64,000 bases of DNA from Amoebophrya sp. A120 (lineage: Eukaryota > Protista > Dinoflagellata): the NCBI GenBank assembly GCA_905178155.1, contig CAJINV010000004.1, positions 9,648,625 to 9,712,624 on the forward strand, in the 5' to 3' direction. Position 1 is the first letter of the stretch; the number at the start of each line of letters is the position of its first letter. Shown piece by piece: positions 1 to 11,116 of this stretch. The notes under the pieces are model-generated. The model was not told where the DNA came from. It did no database searches and saw only the letters and a program-made list of their open reading frames with translations. The translations under genes were made by a program, and so were the position numbers.

Positions 1-756
1 GTGAATGCTCTGTAATATGTAGTGAGGTCACCGAACGGTTCTAACCGGGGAGTTTTTTTGACATATACCCTGAAAAACGACCGGCAGTTTTCAAGCGGCC
101 GGAAGCGTTCTTTGACATAAAAGATTTCCAATTATTAAGCGGCCGGGGCTTTGAAGTCAAACAAGCCCGGTCGAAAACTATCGATTCGCACTTGATAAAA
201 CGACGCAGGGGAGCCGGCAAAAGGGGCGCCCTTCTGCGGCGCCCACCGCCTTGGTTTCTGGCGGTTTGGGCCGCCCAAAAAGGGGCGCGCAAAAAACTCG
301 CCCAAAGTCAGAACAGCGAAACAGCATGGCACGGCCGCGATTTTGGAGCATTTTGGGCGGCCGCGAAAGCGGCCGCCTTTTCGCCGGTTTCAGAGCCTGG
401 GAAGCTTTGCAAAAAGCGCCGGAGGGAAATATAGAAACGCGAAAAAGAAAAAGCGCCCCGGACGCGCAAAGCCAATCCGCATGCTATGGGCCCGATTTTC
501 CTTCGCTTTTTGGGCGCCCCCCGTGGCGCCCGGATCGGCTCCATAGCATGGGGGCTAGCTTTCGGAAAGGAATTTCGGAGATTTGCCAAAGGCTGCGACG
601 TTTATCGAGCGGCCGCCATACCGTGCGGCCTAACGTTACTCACGGCGGCATGGCGAGCCCAAAAAAAGCAAGGCCGCGGCCAAGGCGATGGCCGGCAAGA
701 AAACGCCCACAACCTCACCACCTCCGCCCCGGCGGCTATATTTGGCACACAGGCAC

Positions 757-929
757 GCATGAGAAATATCTGCGCTTCTTTGTGTTGCGTTTTTCGCATG
801 ACAAACTGCGTTTTTGCATGACAGGCAAAAGGCTCTCTTCTTGGACACGCATCACAAACTTTTTGGTCATGCCAGACAAGCACGACAAAGCTCGCAATCT
901 TCCAGACGCAGACACTTTTGCATTTGATA
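757..929. mobile_element. Right part of a family-A intron-like element; left TIR not seen
   Basis: Ends CTTCCAGACGCAGACACTTTTGCATTTGATA, followed by exon CCACAAT (HNSH). Internal sequence resembles 2380-2545. Confidence 0.75.
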
Positions 930-3900
930 CCACAATTCCCACGTCGGGGATGCGACGGCGACGCCCTCCGGGGGGGTCAACTTTGAACGGAACGAGACCT
1001 GGTATGGCGTTCTCAAATGTTACATTCTTAACTGTTACATAAATTTGTAATGCAAGAATGGCAAAAGTGAAAGGGGCAAGGTTGCGCCTTTTGCATTACA
1101 GATTTGGAGCAGATTATAATGCTATCTAGCGCGTCGAGAACCTGTCATGCGGAGAAGGCTTGAAATTGTGAAAAGTGTAAGTGATAGCATTTTGCATGAC
1201 AAATAATGTAACAGTTGAGAATGTGACGTTTGAGAACTCCATACCTGGAATCTGGGGCAGATGTGCCGTTCCGTGATGCAGAACGTGTTTATCGTGGGTT
1301 TTTACAGCTACCAGGGGGAGGTCCGCGCGGCGACGGAGTGGGGGCGGCCCGGGAAGGTCATGCAATTGCGCCCGGCGTACGGGAACAGCCTGGAAGCGCA
1401 GCTGCATAACCTGTTTCCGAAGAGAAAAGCCTTTGTGAAGTTCGACACAAGCGCGAAGGACTGGTACAAAGCCCCGCCGACTTTCCAACTGCCGTGCGAC
1501 TACGAGTTGGTCTACCCAGAAGTCCACTGCACGGAAAATGCGGACTACAAGAGTCGGAGAATATCTTTAACATCCTCTTCAACATCGTCGAATAAAACCG
1601 CATCGGGTTTATTTTCCTTCTCCGCGACCGAGCGGGTGGTGGATCGACGGATGGACAGCTGCAGGTTACAAGCCGACTTCAAGAACGGCAATATTAACAA
1701 GCTCTGCTACGTCGACGAGTACACCGGGGGGCGAAACATTTCCGTCCACAGTCTACTATGCTGTGCAAAAGTATCGTACTAGTAGAATTTGCATGACAAG
1801 TTCGCTCAGCATGACAAATCGAGTTTGTCATGCTGACTTACCTTGGGATTGAGGTTTGTGATGCACGACTGCCATTACTACGAGTACGATACTTTTGCAG
1901 AGGATATCTACCGACCGAGGTGTTCCGGCGGCTGCGCGCAGACCCGCTGAATTGGTTCAACACGACGCCGATACTGCAGCGCTGGGTGGGCGTGCAGTAC
2001 CACCCGGAGACGGAGCTGCAGTCCCACTACGGGGAGGTGCGGGCGAATAAATGTTACGATTTGGTCATTTTCTGCGACGAAACGACCGCGCTGGACGTCA
2101 ACCTCCGACCCGTGGCCCACACCGGCGAGGATAAGGAGGAGGTCTCCGCCGCGGCACAAAAAAGACTGATGAAGGAGTACGCCAAATTGCTAAAGGACCC
2201 GCCGCAGGGGGTGGAGGCGCACCCGCTGGAGGACAACATTTTGGAGTGGCACTTCCGGCTGACCGGGAACCAGGCGCCCTACACCGTATGGATTGCAAAA
2301 ATGTAAATGTCTGGGTCTGGAAAGTTGTGATGCAGGTCACTGAATAATAACCAAACTGTAATGCGCCGGCAAGCATGACAACTTTTTTCATGCTTCTGTG
2401 TTGCGTATTCCGCATGAGAAACTGCGTGTTTGCATGACAGGCAAGAGGAGCTCTTCGTTGCTACGCAATACAGATCCCAGAGTCATGCCAGTCTAGCACG
2501 ACAAATCTCGCAATCTCCCAGACGCAGACATTTTTGCAATCCATACACCGGGGGCAGGTACCACGGCGTGTTGGAGTTCCCGAGCTCGTTCCCGATGCAG
2601 CCGCCCAGCATTCGGATGCTGACGCCGAGCGGGCGGTTCGAGATCAACAAGCGCATCTGTTTGTCGATGTCCGATTTCCACGCGGAGAGCTGGAACCCCA
2701 GCTGGACGGTGGAGAAGATACTCGTCGGTTTACTGAGTTTCATGTACGAAGAGACCAGCGAATCGATCGGGAGCATGCTCGACCCCTGGGACGTGCGAAA
2801 ACGGTACGCACGGGAGTCGGAATTCTTTAACCGGGAGAATGAGGTGTATCTGTCGATTTTCAAAGCGGTGGATGACTTATGCAATGCAAAAGCATCGTAC
2901 TAGTACAAATCGCATTACAGATTTACTCAGCATGAGAAACGCAATTTGTAATGCTGTTTTACCTTAGGAGAGAGATTTGTCATGCATATTTGCAATTAGT
3001 ACGAGTGCGATACTTTTGCACTGGATATGGCTCCACAGTGGCGGGTTCGTCCTCCTCCTCCGCCACGGGCAACAAGCGGCAGCGCATGCTGAGCGGCGGC
3101 GCCGCAAACGAGTACGACGAGAACGATGACCAGCCCCAGTGCCGCTACTGCCTCTCCGGCGAGGGGGAACTGGTCGCGCCCTGCGACTGCAAGGGCACGA
3201 ACCAGTACGTGCACCTGCAGTGCTTGCGGCAGTGGCAGAAGTCGGTCTTGCTCACGCAGTCCACGCACCCGAAATTCCAGACGAGAATCGACGCGATCTG
3301 CAACATATGCATCGCAAAAGTATCGTACTCCTCGTATAAATGCATTACAAATACAAATTGCCTCAGCATGAGAAATAAAATTTGCAATGCGGATGTAGCT
3401 TCGGAACTAGATTTGTAGTGCATGTCTGCAATCACTACGAGTACGATATTTTTGCACAGGATACAACATCTGCGAGAAGCCCTTCAAGGGCCCCTTTCGG
3501 CCGAAGGACCGGGCGCAGGCGGTCTTGGAATTCGCGGGTGCCGAGATGGCGCAGAAGCTCAAGAAAGGGCACCTACTGGTCTCCTCCGAGAAGGAATCCC
3601 AAGAGTCCGCCGAGGCGATGGAGCGGCAACCGGAGTTGCGGCCGCATCTGGAACAGTGGACCTACGCCGTGTACCTGATCGCCAGTGAGGAACCAGCGTC
3701 CAGACGCGAGGACGGCCACGTGCTGGGCGTGAACCTCGTCGCGATGGCGAATCCCGAGCCACCACAGCGGGTGGATAGCAATCTGCCCGGGTTTCGGAGA
3801 CTCACCGTCTCCCCCATGAACGCCTGGAAGCAAAGCTACAGAAAATTGGTCGAGAAGCAGCCGTTTGTGCGGAAAATTTCCCACTACAACGGCGGGCCGG

Positions 3901-5020
3901 TGGAGCCGGACAAGTGTTTTGCGCTCGCAAATCTTCCCTCCTTGACGAAGACGAAGTACAAAGAAAGCAGTTTAAACATCCGGGATGACATGTACTTCGG
4001 AAATTTAGCGAGCATCGCGAATTTGGCGCAGCTTCACTACGATAACACGCGCGAAGCCTCCCATCTCCGCATCTACTGGGGCTACGCGGCCTGGGGCACG
4101 TCGCAGCTGCTGGCGGAGATCGCGAAGCGGCACTGGGGCATCAACACGGAGCCGTACGAATTCGAACCGTTGTATCCCGGAAAAAACACCCATCCCCATC
4201 CAGTTTTTGCGTGACAAACACTGCAAATTATGAATATTTTGCATGACAAATTGGATGTTTCGATAGTTTTCCGCTGCTGCTCCTCATGCTCCAACTTCAC
4301 GCAGTCGGGATCTCATCCGTGGTTTTCCTCCAGCTACGCCCAACACACCCGCGGGTCTCGCGTGCTGCTGGACTTCCACGACCCCGTCTCATTTGTTGGC
4401 GCCCTGCTGAGTAGTAATCCGTCAGTTCCCCGCAATCCGGCGTCCACCAGCCAGTTCCAGCTTTGCAGTGGCGATTAGCTTCAAGTATCTACCTTTCCAG
4501 AATCAGGCGCTTCCAGCTCGTCGTGCCCTAAGCTCAGCAGCGCACCCTCTCGGGTTGTGGCCTTTCCTCGGAGGTGGGGTTGGGCTTGGGGCGCCAGGCG
4601 AATGGACGGCTTCGCAGCTACGTTGTGATCGACAAACTGAGATCGACGATAATGGTTGCGTTGCTGGTCCTGTGCCAGTCGCGGGGCATGTTCGGGTGTT
4701 CCGGGCTGTGCTTTGTGCACCCCTCGGACCCCGCACCCCCCCGGGCTCAGTAGCGCAGTCTGTTAAGCATGACAAATTGGATGGGTTTCTGTTGTTGTCT
4801 CTCGGTAGAAATCGCGTTGTTCAATTTTCCGTTTTAGAGTTTACCGGGTATGCGGTTTCAAGTTTGTAGTTTTGTTTTACAAAGGGACGCCCTGCCCTTA
4901 GTTTCCCAACATGACAAATTGGATGGGGATGGGTGTTTCTCTCTGGATACGTTGCCAGTCTGGGACGACGCGGTCGTGAACATTTCCATGGCAAAGGAGT
5001 CGGAATATTCGAAGAAATGA
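930..5020 (+). CDS. 5'-partial multi-exon gene: erythromycin esterase-like domain + UBE2J/Ubc6-like E2 + RING-CH (MARCH-type) finger + DUF179 (YqgE/AlgH-like) domain. Exons approx. 930-1002, 1249-1756, 1912-2286, 2551-2877, 3033-3305, 3469-4172, 4955-5020
   Basis: Removing six TAT..ATA elements plus one DR each gives one frame. Esterase-like motifs: HNSHVGDATAT..NLGQMCR..GFYSYQGEVRAATEWG..LQRWVGVQYHPETELQSHY..YDLVIFCDETTAL. E2: KRLMKEY..HPLEDNILEWHF..PYTGGRYHG..FPMQPPSIRMLTPSGRF..ICLSMSDFHAESWNPSW. RING-CH: CRYC..PCDCKGTNQYVHLQCLRQW..CNIC. DUF179: GGPV..YWGYAAWGTSQLLAEI. Stop TGA at 5018-5020. Confidence 0.85.
1003..1243. mobile_element. Non-canonical intron / introner, singleton family, DR CCTGG
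   Basis: TIR TATGGCGTTCTCAAATGTTACATTC / GAATGTGACGTTTGAGAACTCCATA; CCTGG at 998-1002 and 1244-1248; spliced product reads NETWNLGQM. Confidence 0.9.
1757..1906. mobile_element. Introner family B (about 150 bp), DR TCTAC
   Basis: TATGCTGTGCAAAAGTATCGTACTAGTAG ... CTACGAGTACGATACTTTTGCAGAGGATA; spliced product reads VHSLPTEV. Confidence 0.92.
2287..2545. mobile_element. Introner family A (about 260 bp), DR CACCG
   Basis: TATGGATTGCAAAAATGT..CTGGGTCTGGAA / CAGACATTTTTGCAATCCATA; spliced product reads PYTGGRYHG inside the E2 domain. Confidence 0.93.
2878..3027. mobile_element. Introner family B, imperfect DR TGACT/TGGCT
   Basis: TATGCAATGCAAAAGCATCGTACTAGTAC / GTACGAGTGCGATACTTTTGCACTGGATA; removal joins the E2 exon in frame to the RING-CH exon. 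Confidence 0.88.
3306..3463. mobile_element. Introner family B, DR CAACA
   Basis: TATGCATCGCAAAAGTATCGTACTC / GAGTACGATATTTTTGCACAGGATA; spliced product reads AICNICEKPF and completes the RING-CH finger. Confidence 0.93.
4173..4949. mobile_element. Long introner (777 bp) with internal cargo, DR CGTTG
   Basis: TATCCCGGAAAAAACACCCATCCCCATCCA / TGGATGGGGATGGGTGTTTCTCTCTGGATA; CATGACAAATTGGATG occurs three times inside; spliced product reads FEPLPVWDD. Confidence 0.88.
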
Positions 5021-5435
5021 ACAAGTCGGTGCAGGAAAACTAGATTTGGACCAGTACGAACGGAACAGGAAATATTCAGAAACCAATGCGGGACGCTTCG
5101 AGTTGTAAATAAAAGCGTGCCGATATAAGAAAATACTGCGTCGATATTATACTAGAAGACCATATCATCTCATCCTGAGAGAGCAACACAACCTCTATCA
5201 ATTTTCCGTGCAGAGACCACAAAGACATCAATGAATAGTACAGTATAGGTTACTTGAAGTTTCAAGAATAAGAAGTCATGACTTCGCGGCTCGTTCTTTG
5301 TGCTTTTGCAAGAACACCACAGCGTCGCTCTCGCTCTGATTGAAGTTTTAAAAACTTTTTCAAGACCATGTTTCTACAAACTGTTGCAAGCTGAAATTGG
5401 ATGTGGATTTTCACGAGAGTCGACAGTTTCCAAAT

Positions 5436-6640
5436 TAAAGAGATGAAGAAGAACATCACCGGGTCAGAGCTTGCTAGTAGAGTTTTTTCTCGGGGCGGCC
5501 GCCTCATCGGGAGGAAAGCTCGCTGCTAACGTAGAAGTTTGTCTTCTGCGTGTGCTGTTACAAACATAGAAGCCAGATGTTGGCGTACATGGAGTCGTCC
5601 GTTCATAAAAGTTCCTGGTAACTGCTGCATCGTTGTCCTTCTCGAGTGAGGCTGCATATGCTCCAAATGATTTGGATCATATGCGATTTGAAGTCGCTTT
5701 TGGTGCAGCGTTGGTCTTCAGCTACAGCGGAACACAGCGAGCGACTTTTATTTCGGGCTACACCGAATCGTATGAACTGCAACTGACCTCCCGACTAATA
5801 GATTTTGGCATCACACGAAAGAGCTATAAAATACACATTGGTCGCCCCTCAAAGTTCTTCACTGCGATGGATACTGATCCAGAGGAGAGCTGGAGAGAGA
5901 GAGCTGGAGAGAGATGTGGGCGAAGCCGCCGCCCGCAGTTGCAGGGGGATCGCTTGCAAAGTAGACTCGGGAGTCAGGCGGCGCCATGGTCTTATCCGTT
6001 TTATTCGGGCGCCACCGTCTTCCACGCCGGGCCGGGGGCAATGTGGTGAAGCCGGCGCAAATAAAAAAAGGAACGCGGCCAGGGGTCGCCCGTGTGTTTT
6101 GGCTCGCTAAGAAGATGGCGCGCGGCGGCGGTGTGTGGCGGTGCCCGCCGACAAGCACAAAGCCAAGGCGCGCGCCCGCGCGCCCGAGCGGGGCGCCTTC
6201 GAGGGTCGCCGCGGGCGCCCTCCGGGGGTGGAGGTGGCCCCCGCCCGGTTGGTTCGTTATCTTCCCCGCGTATCTTCCGGGCAAGCATGCAGGCCGCTCG
6301 GGGGGCCGCGCCGCGGGGAATGGGAGGGGGCGAGGGGTTGGCCGCTTCGCTGGCCCGTCCGCCCGCCCACCCATTGGCCGCCCGTCGGCCCGTTAGTTCC
6401 GCGCGGCGTCACAATCAATGCATGCTGCCGCGGCCGCTCGTCACAATTAAAGAGATGAAGACGAACAGCTACATCACCGGGCCAGACTCAGAGCTAGAGT
6501 TTTTTTTTCGGCCTCATCGGGAGCAAAGCTCTTCTCTTGGAGTTTTTTCTTTCGGCCTTTTGTTCTTCTCTTGGAGTGTGTAGTTTGAATGATATAGCCA
6601 GATGTTGGCGCCGTACGTGGAGTCGACTATTCAGAATTCC
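5436..6640 (+). repeat. Diverged direct repeat of about 190 bp (approx. 5436-5620 and 6448-6640)
   Basis: Shared blocks TAAAGAGATGAAGA..ACATCACCGGG, CCTCATCGGGAG.AAAGCTC and AGCCAGATGTTGGCG..GGAGTCG. Confidence 0.6.
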
Positions 6641-9600
6641 AGGTGAGTGCTGCGCCAGCTGGTAGTTGCTGGTGAGTTGCGGAGAAGCAGAGTGAAGATG
6701 CGAGCTTATTTGCTGAAGATAACTATGTCTCCGTGTAACGAGCGTCAGGAGCGTCAGGGCCGCGAGAGAGTCTGGGCAGATGCCCATACTGAGAGATGAA
6801 GTCCTGGAGAATAAACATGAGTGTTTTGCAGTGTGGAGAAAAGAATCCACTTCTGCTCCATAAAAACTTACGACCGGCGACGCAGTGGACGCGACCGTAG
6901 TGGTGACGGTCGAACGCGATGAGAAGGCGGCGGAGCTCAACCAGCTCGCGCAGGCGGGCCGGCGAAGGTCCGGCCACGAATTCGCGTTGAAAGGCATTGA
7001 TATCGCCCTAACGGGCGCAGAGCTTGCCCCAACCTCAGCGCCTGACAGTCCGCGCCCAGCCTTGTCCAGTATGAGCACGCCCGAGCTGCGCCGGTTCTGC
7101 CAGCTCGCCCGCGGGCGGCGCCGGCGCCCATGCATGACTTCGGAGGCGCGCCAGGAAGCGCCACCGGCGGGGCGGCGGGGGCGTGGATGTGTGCTCCCCA
7201 AAGCCTCCCCCGGGGCGGGCCGCTAGCTTTGCTCCGGGGCCCAACTGCCACCGGTTTCGCGGCCCGGAGATGGCCGGCCTGCCGTGGTGCCGGCGCCAGG
7301 CAGTTCGTTGCCTGCCGGCGCGCGCGTTTCTATCTGCGTGGAGGGGCGTGTTGATTCTCACCCTTATGTGGTGGCCCTATTATCGGGCTAAGCTATATGA
7401 CAAGCACTTGACCCACCGATTCTCGCGCGCGGGCCCGCCATTTTTCCACCCATTGTTTGCGCGGCAGCCGCAGCGCAAGTACGCAACACGGTATACAAAG
7501 GTCGTCGGAACGCGCCTCCGAGTTTTTGTCTGCGACGAAAAATATTGCCACCCCGTCCCTCCAACCACCTTGGGGCTTCCTTTCGCGATTTCGTGGAGAC
7601 CTGCCGACGAGCCGCGCTCGCGGTTCGTTAGCGTGGGGTGTTCGCGTTCTGTACATGGTGGCTGAAGATCATCTGGTCCCAATTCGTACTTCTTTTCGGA
7701 GAGGATGGCTTCATGGATCTCTGACGTACGTTCGTAAAGATAAGACCGATCATCTTCAGTAGCGCACAAAGTTATCCCTTACTTAGGATGCGCCAGCTCG
7801 TTCTTGAAATCGATCCTGACAAAGATTTCCAAGTGCGGCAGCGCTCTTCGTCAGCAAATATTGCGGATCGAAGCAGTATTGAAATATAGACGATACACCC
7901 GTACGCGTGCGCACCTATCATTTTGTCTCCGCCGCATCCGTAATAGAGTAATCGTATGAAATGTGGGCCGTAATTCATTTATTTGGTTAGTTGGATGCGC
8001 AACGAGCGGAAGGAGACTCGTAAAATGGTCCGATCTCGTTGTCGTCGTACGTATACTAAGAACGAGTAAGGTTGTCCTTGTTCTGGCCGGTCCATCTTCC
8101 TCGTCGTTCCTGAGTGATTTTCGTCGGGAGTGAGAAAGTAGAAGTAGCGTCTTCTTGAGCGTGGACCGCCCGCAAATAAAGAGCTGTGAGGCTGCAGCTA
8201 ATGCTGATCTTCTAGAAAGACCTTTGATATATAATCGACAGGCTGCAGAGTCACCGCCTAGACATCATCCTTGGCCTGAACGACCTATGTGTTGGACAGG
8301 AACGAACAGTTCGAACGTGGTGAGCGAAAACGAAATCCATCATCATACCAGTGCTGCAAAGGATAAATATTTCTTGTTGAAATGGTTTGGCAAGCACAAA
8401 TCAGAATAAGACCTCGAGGATGTTTTCTCGACATTGATATGCTGCAAAGAACTCCTGAACCTGAAGATTGTACGAAGAATAACTTAGCGCTGTTGTTGTG
8501 TTGCTGTTGGCCCGAAGAGAGAGCGACGATGAAGACTAGCAAACATAATGTTCGCGGGGTATTTCAGCTTCGGTGGATACGGAGCATCCGATGAAGCAGC
8601 CCTGCCAGAACTTGACGTTGAGGATATTGCAGACAACATGGCTACCGGAACCCGATCGCTGCAGCTAAAGCCGCAGGCCGGCATCACCGAGGACCTTGCC
8701 CTGCGGGGCAAGGTGTGGATCAAGGCCGCGAGGGTGGAAGCGGAAAAGGACTGCAAGGCCCTTCCGGCCGGGCTGGAGAATTGCAAGGCGCGCGGAGAAA
8801 AAGCCCAAGTGGCAAATCACTCCGGGGACAAGCGCAACCATACAGAAGTCCAAAAAGCGCGCGCCAGTCGCCCGCATCCGGTCGCGAATCCGCGCGCGGG
8901 CCCCGCTCGAATGTGTGGCGCGCAGGCCGGCGCCTTAGGGCCGCGCGCGGCAGGCTAGGCGGCGAGGAAGCCTCCGCGCGGCCTCCGGCCATGCGCCCCT
9001 GCCAGGCCTGCCCGCGTGTGGCCAAGGAGTGCGCGCGCCGGGCGTCGGCCCCCTTCATCTGGTCTTTCCTGGCGGGCGTGAGCCTGTGCCGCCTGGCGAC
9101 CGACCGGTGGGCCGGCCCCCTTCTAGGCCGGGGGCCGGCATGCTGCCCGCCTGGCCCATTGTGCATCTGCGCGCCCAGGGTTCGTTCTGCGGTTTGTTTT
9201 CCTACCCCGCCGACCGGCTGATCGCGCGCGCCCGCGCGGCGTCAGAATCTATGCCGCCGCGCCTGCTTGGAGTGTGTGAGAGCGGGAGCCGCTGCAGGGG
9301 CTCGGCTACGTAAATTAACACCCGCAGCGGCCGGCGCCTCGTGGCCCCATCCTGGCTGCTTCGTGGCGTTTACAGCATGATGTGAGTGTGGTGTCACGTC
9401 GCAAAGGGGCCGTCTCGCCTTCTGCTTTCCTTTTCGGATTTACTTTTGTAGGCGAGAGTGCAGTTTTCGGAATGTGTTGGCGTCTTGCGTGCCCAGATTT
9501 TTCTATTGGGGTTTGCTTGTTCATGTGCCCAGCCCCACCCCCAGCCGCACTCGTTGTTATCGCTGCAACGCAGATAAAATTAAAATATCGCGGCCACTCT

Positions 9601-9967
9601 TCAAGGCTGGGTGCCCCGCAGCAGTATTGAGCGGGGAACGAGGTGAAACTAGTCGAAAAACGAGAGCAAACTGCGCCCGTCAGAAAGTTTTCTGTCTGAT
9701 TGAAAGAAAGCAGTCGCGAGAGAAGCGTCGTCGGCGTTTTGTGTGTGGACGTCGAAACTATAGTTGCTATCATGCGCGCTTTGGTTCTACCAGTAAATGT
9801 GGGCCGCGCAAGCGCATGATGCGGGTCCACACGTATGGTTGAGCACACAGCCAAGTTGTTGTCATTCTAACTAAAGAAATCGAAGAGCTAGTTAGTATTT
9901 GCTTTTGCGTATAGTTTTTTCCATAGAAAAGATACATCTGTTGCACTTGCCCAAGAAGAACAAGAGG

Positions 9968-10906
9968 ATGGCCCGAATTTTCCTCGGTGGGATCGGATTT
10001 GTGGACGAAGAGTCCTTCCCCGGCCTCTCCAAGGAGTCGACGGAAGTGCACGAGATGTTCGAGCATGCCTGGGTCTTCCAGGACTTCTCCGAGAAGGCCC
10101 TTCCTGGCCGGATAGAGGAGTACATCGGGAAGGGGTGGGTGAAGGCTGACGAGCTGACGTACACCGTCGCGCAAGTGTCGGACTTCTCCCAGTACGACCT
10201 GTACAGCCCGCGGCGAGCGGAGATCGTCTACACCACCCAGATGGAGCTGGGCGCTGCCCGCGATCGGGCCATCCAGGGGCGCCGTCTCCAGTTGTTGCAC
10301 AAGCATTGCTCGCTCGAGCGGGAGTTGGCCGCGACCGAGGTCGCCTTGGTGGGCAGGGCGGAAACCGCGGACAGCCACAGCTTGGTGGAGGAACTGCGAA
10401 CGCCGCTCCGCGAAAAGACCAACGAGGTGCTAGTCAACCTGCATGACATCACGGAAGACCACCCGCTGCGCATCGAACTAGACTCGCCGCGGAAACGGCC
10501 AAACAAGACGTACCCCACGGAACGTAGGCAAGACGTCACAGAGGAGGACAGCATCCTGTGGCAACACCTCCTGGAGGAGCGCGAAAAGCGCCAGTACTAC
10601 TGCCTCTTGGAAGATCCGAGTGAGCACTGCGACTTCGCCATCGAGCAGCAGCTGCGCATCAACGACAAACGCCGGCTGTATCTGATCCGCCAGGACTTGC
10701 TGAAGACGCGGGAGGTCCGAGAGCGGGAGGCCACGGGAGCGTACGATAGGATTTTCTGCAACTCGCCAGCAAATCGACCCCGGGACGGGCCCGTCGTGCG
10801 CGTGGATCACACAACCCGCTCCTTTGCACGCGATGGTAAAGACATGTTCGAGTTGGAGTACCAGATGCGACTGCAATTGGAATGGGCGATGGAGATCGGT
10901 ATTTGA
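9968..10906 (+). CDS. Hypothetical protein (about 312 aa from MARIFLGG), no recognised domain
   Basis: Long ORF (track 9899-10906) with GC3-rich codon usage like neighbouring exons. Confidence 0.6.
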   Translation: MARIFLGGIGFVDEESFPGLSKESTEVHEMFEHAWVFQDFSEKALPGRIEEYIGKGWVKADELTYTVAQVSDFSQYDLYSPRRAEIVYTTQMELGAARDRAIQGRRLQLLHKHCSLERELAATEVALVGRAETADSHSLVEELRTPLREKTNEVLVNLHDITEDHPLRIELDSPRKRPNKTYPTERRQDVTEEDSILWQHLLEEREKRQYYCLLEDPSEHCDFAIEQQLRINDKRRLYLIRQDLLKTREVREREATGAYDRIFCNSPANRPRDGPVVRVDHTTRSFARDGKDMFELEYQMRLQLEWAMEIGI

Positions 10907-11116
10907 GAATCAACATCAGACGTGTTATTTTAATTTTGAGTTGCGACGAGGAAACACAAACACGAATCTATAGACGTTATGGAAAACGCATCACCTGCGT
11001 TCGTACGCTGGAATACATCTCTTGACTTTTCTATTTCTTATGAACCCAAATAGAAATACGCGTCAAAGAGCAAGAGTCTAGTACTCTCTGAAACGCTACG
11101 AACAGGGTTCCCGCCG

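Noticed and set aside
41-9400. Overlapping Arg/Pro/Gly-rich ORFs in GC-rich patches (e.g. 251-1042, 6494-7201, 8715-9221)
   Set aside because: Stop-poor GC-rich DNA open in many frames, with no motifs and no coding-like codon pattern.
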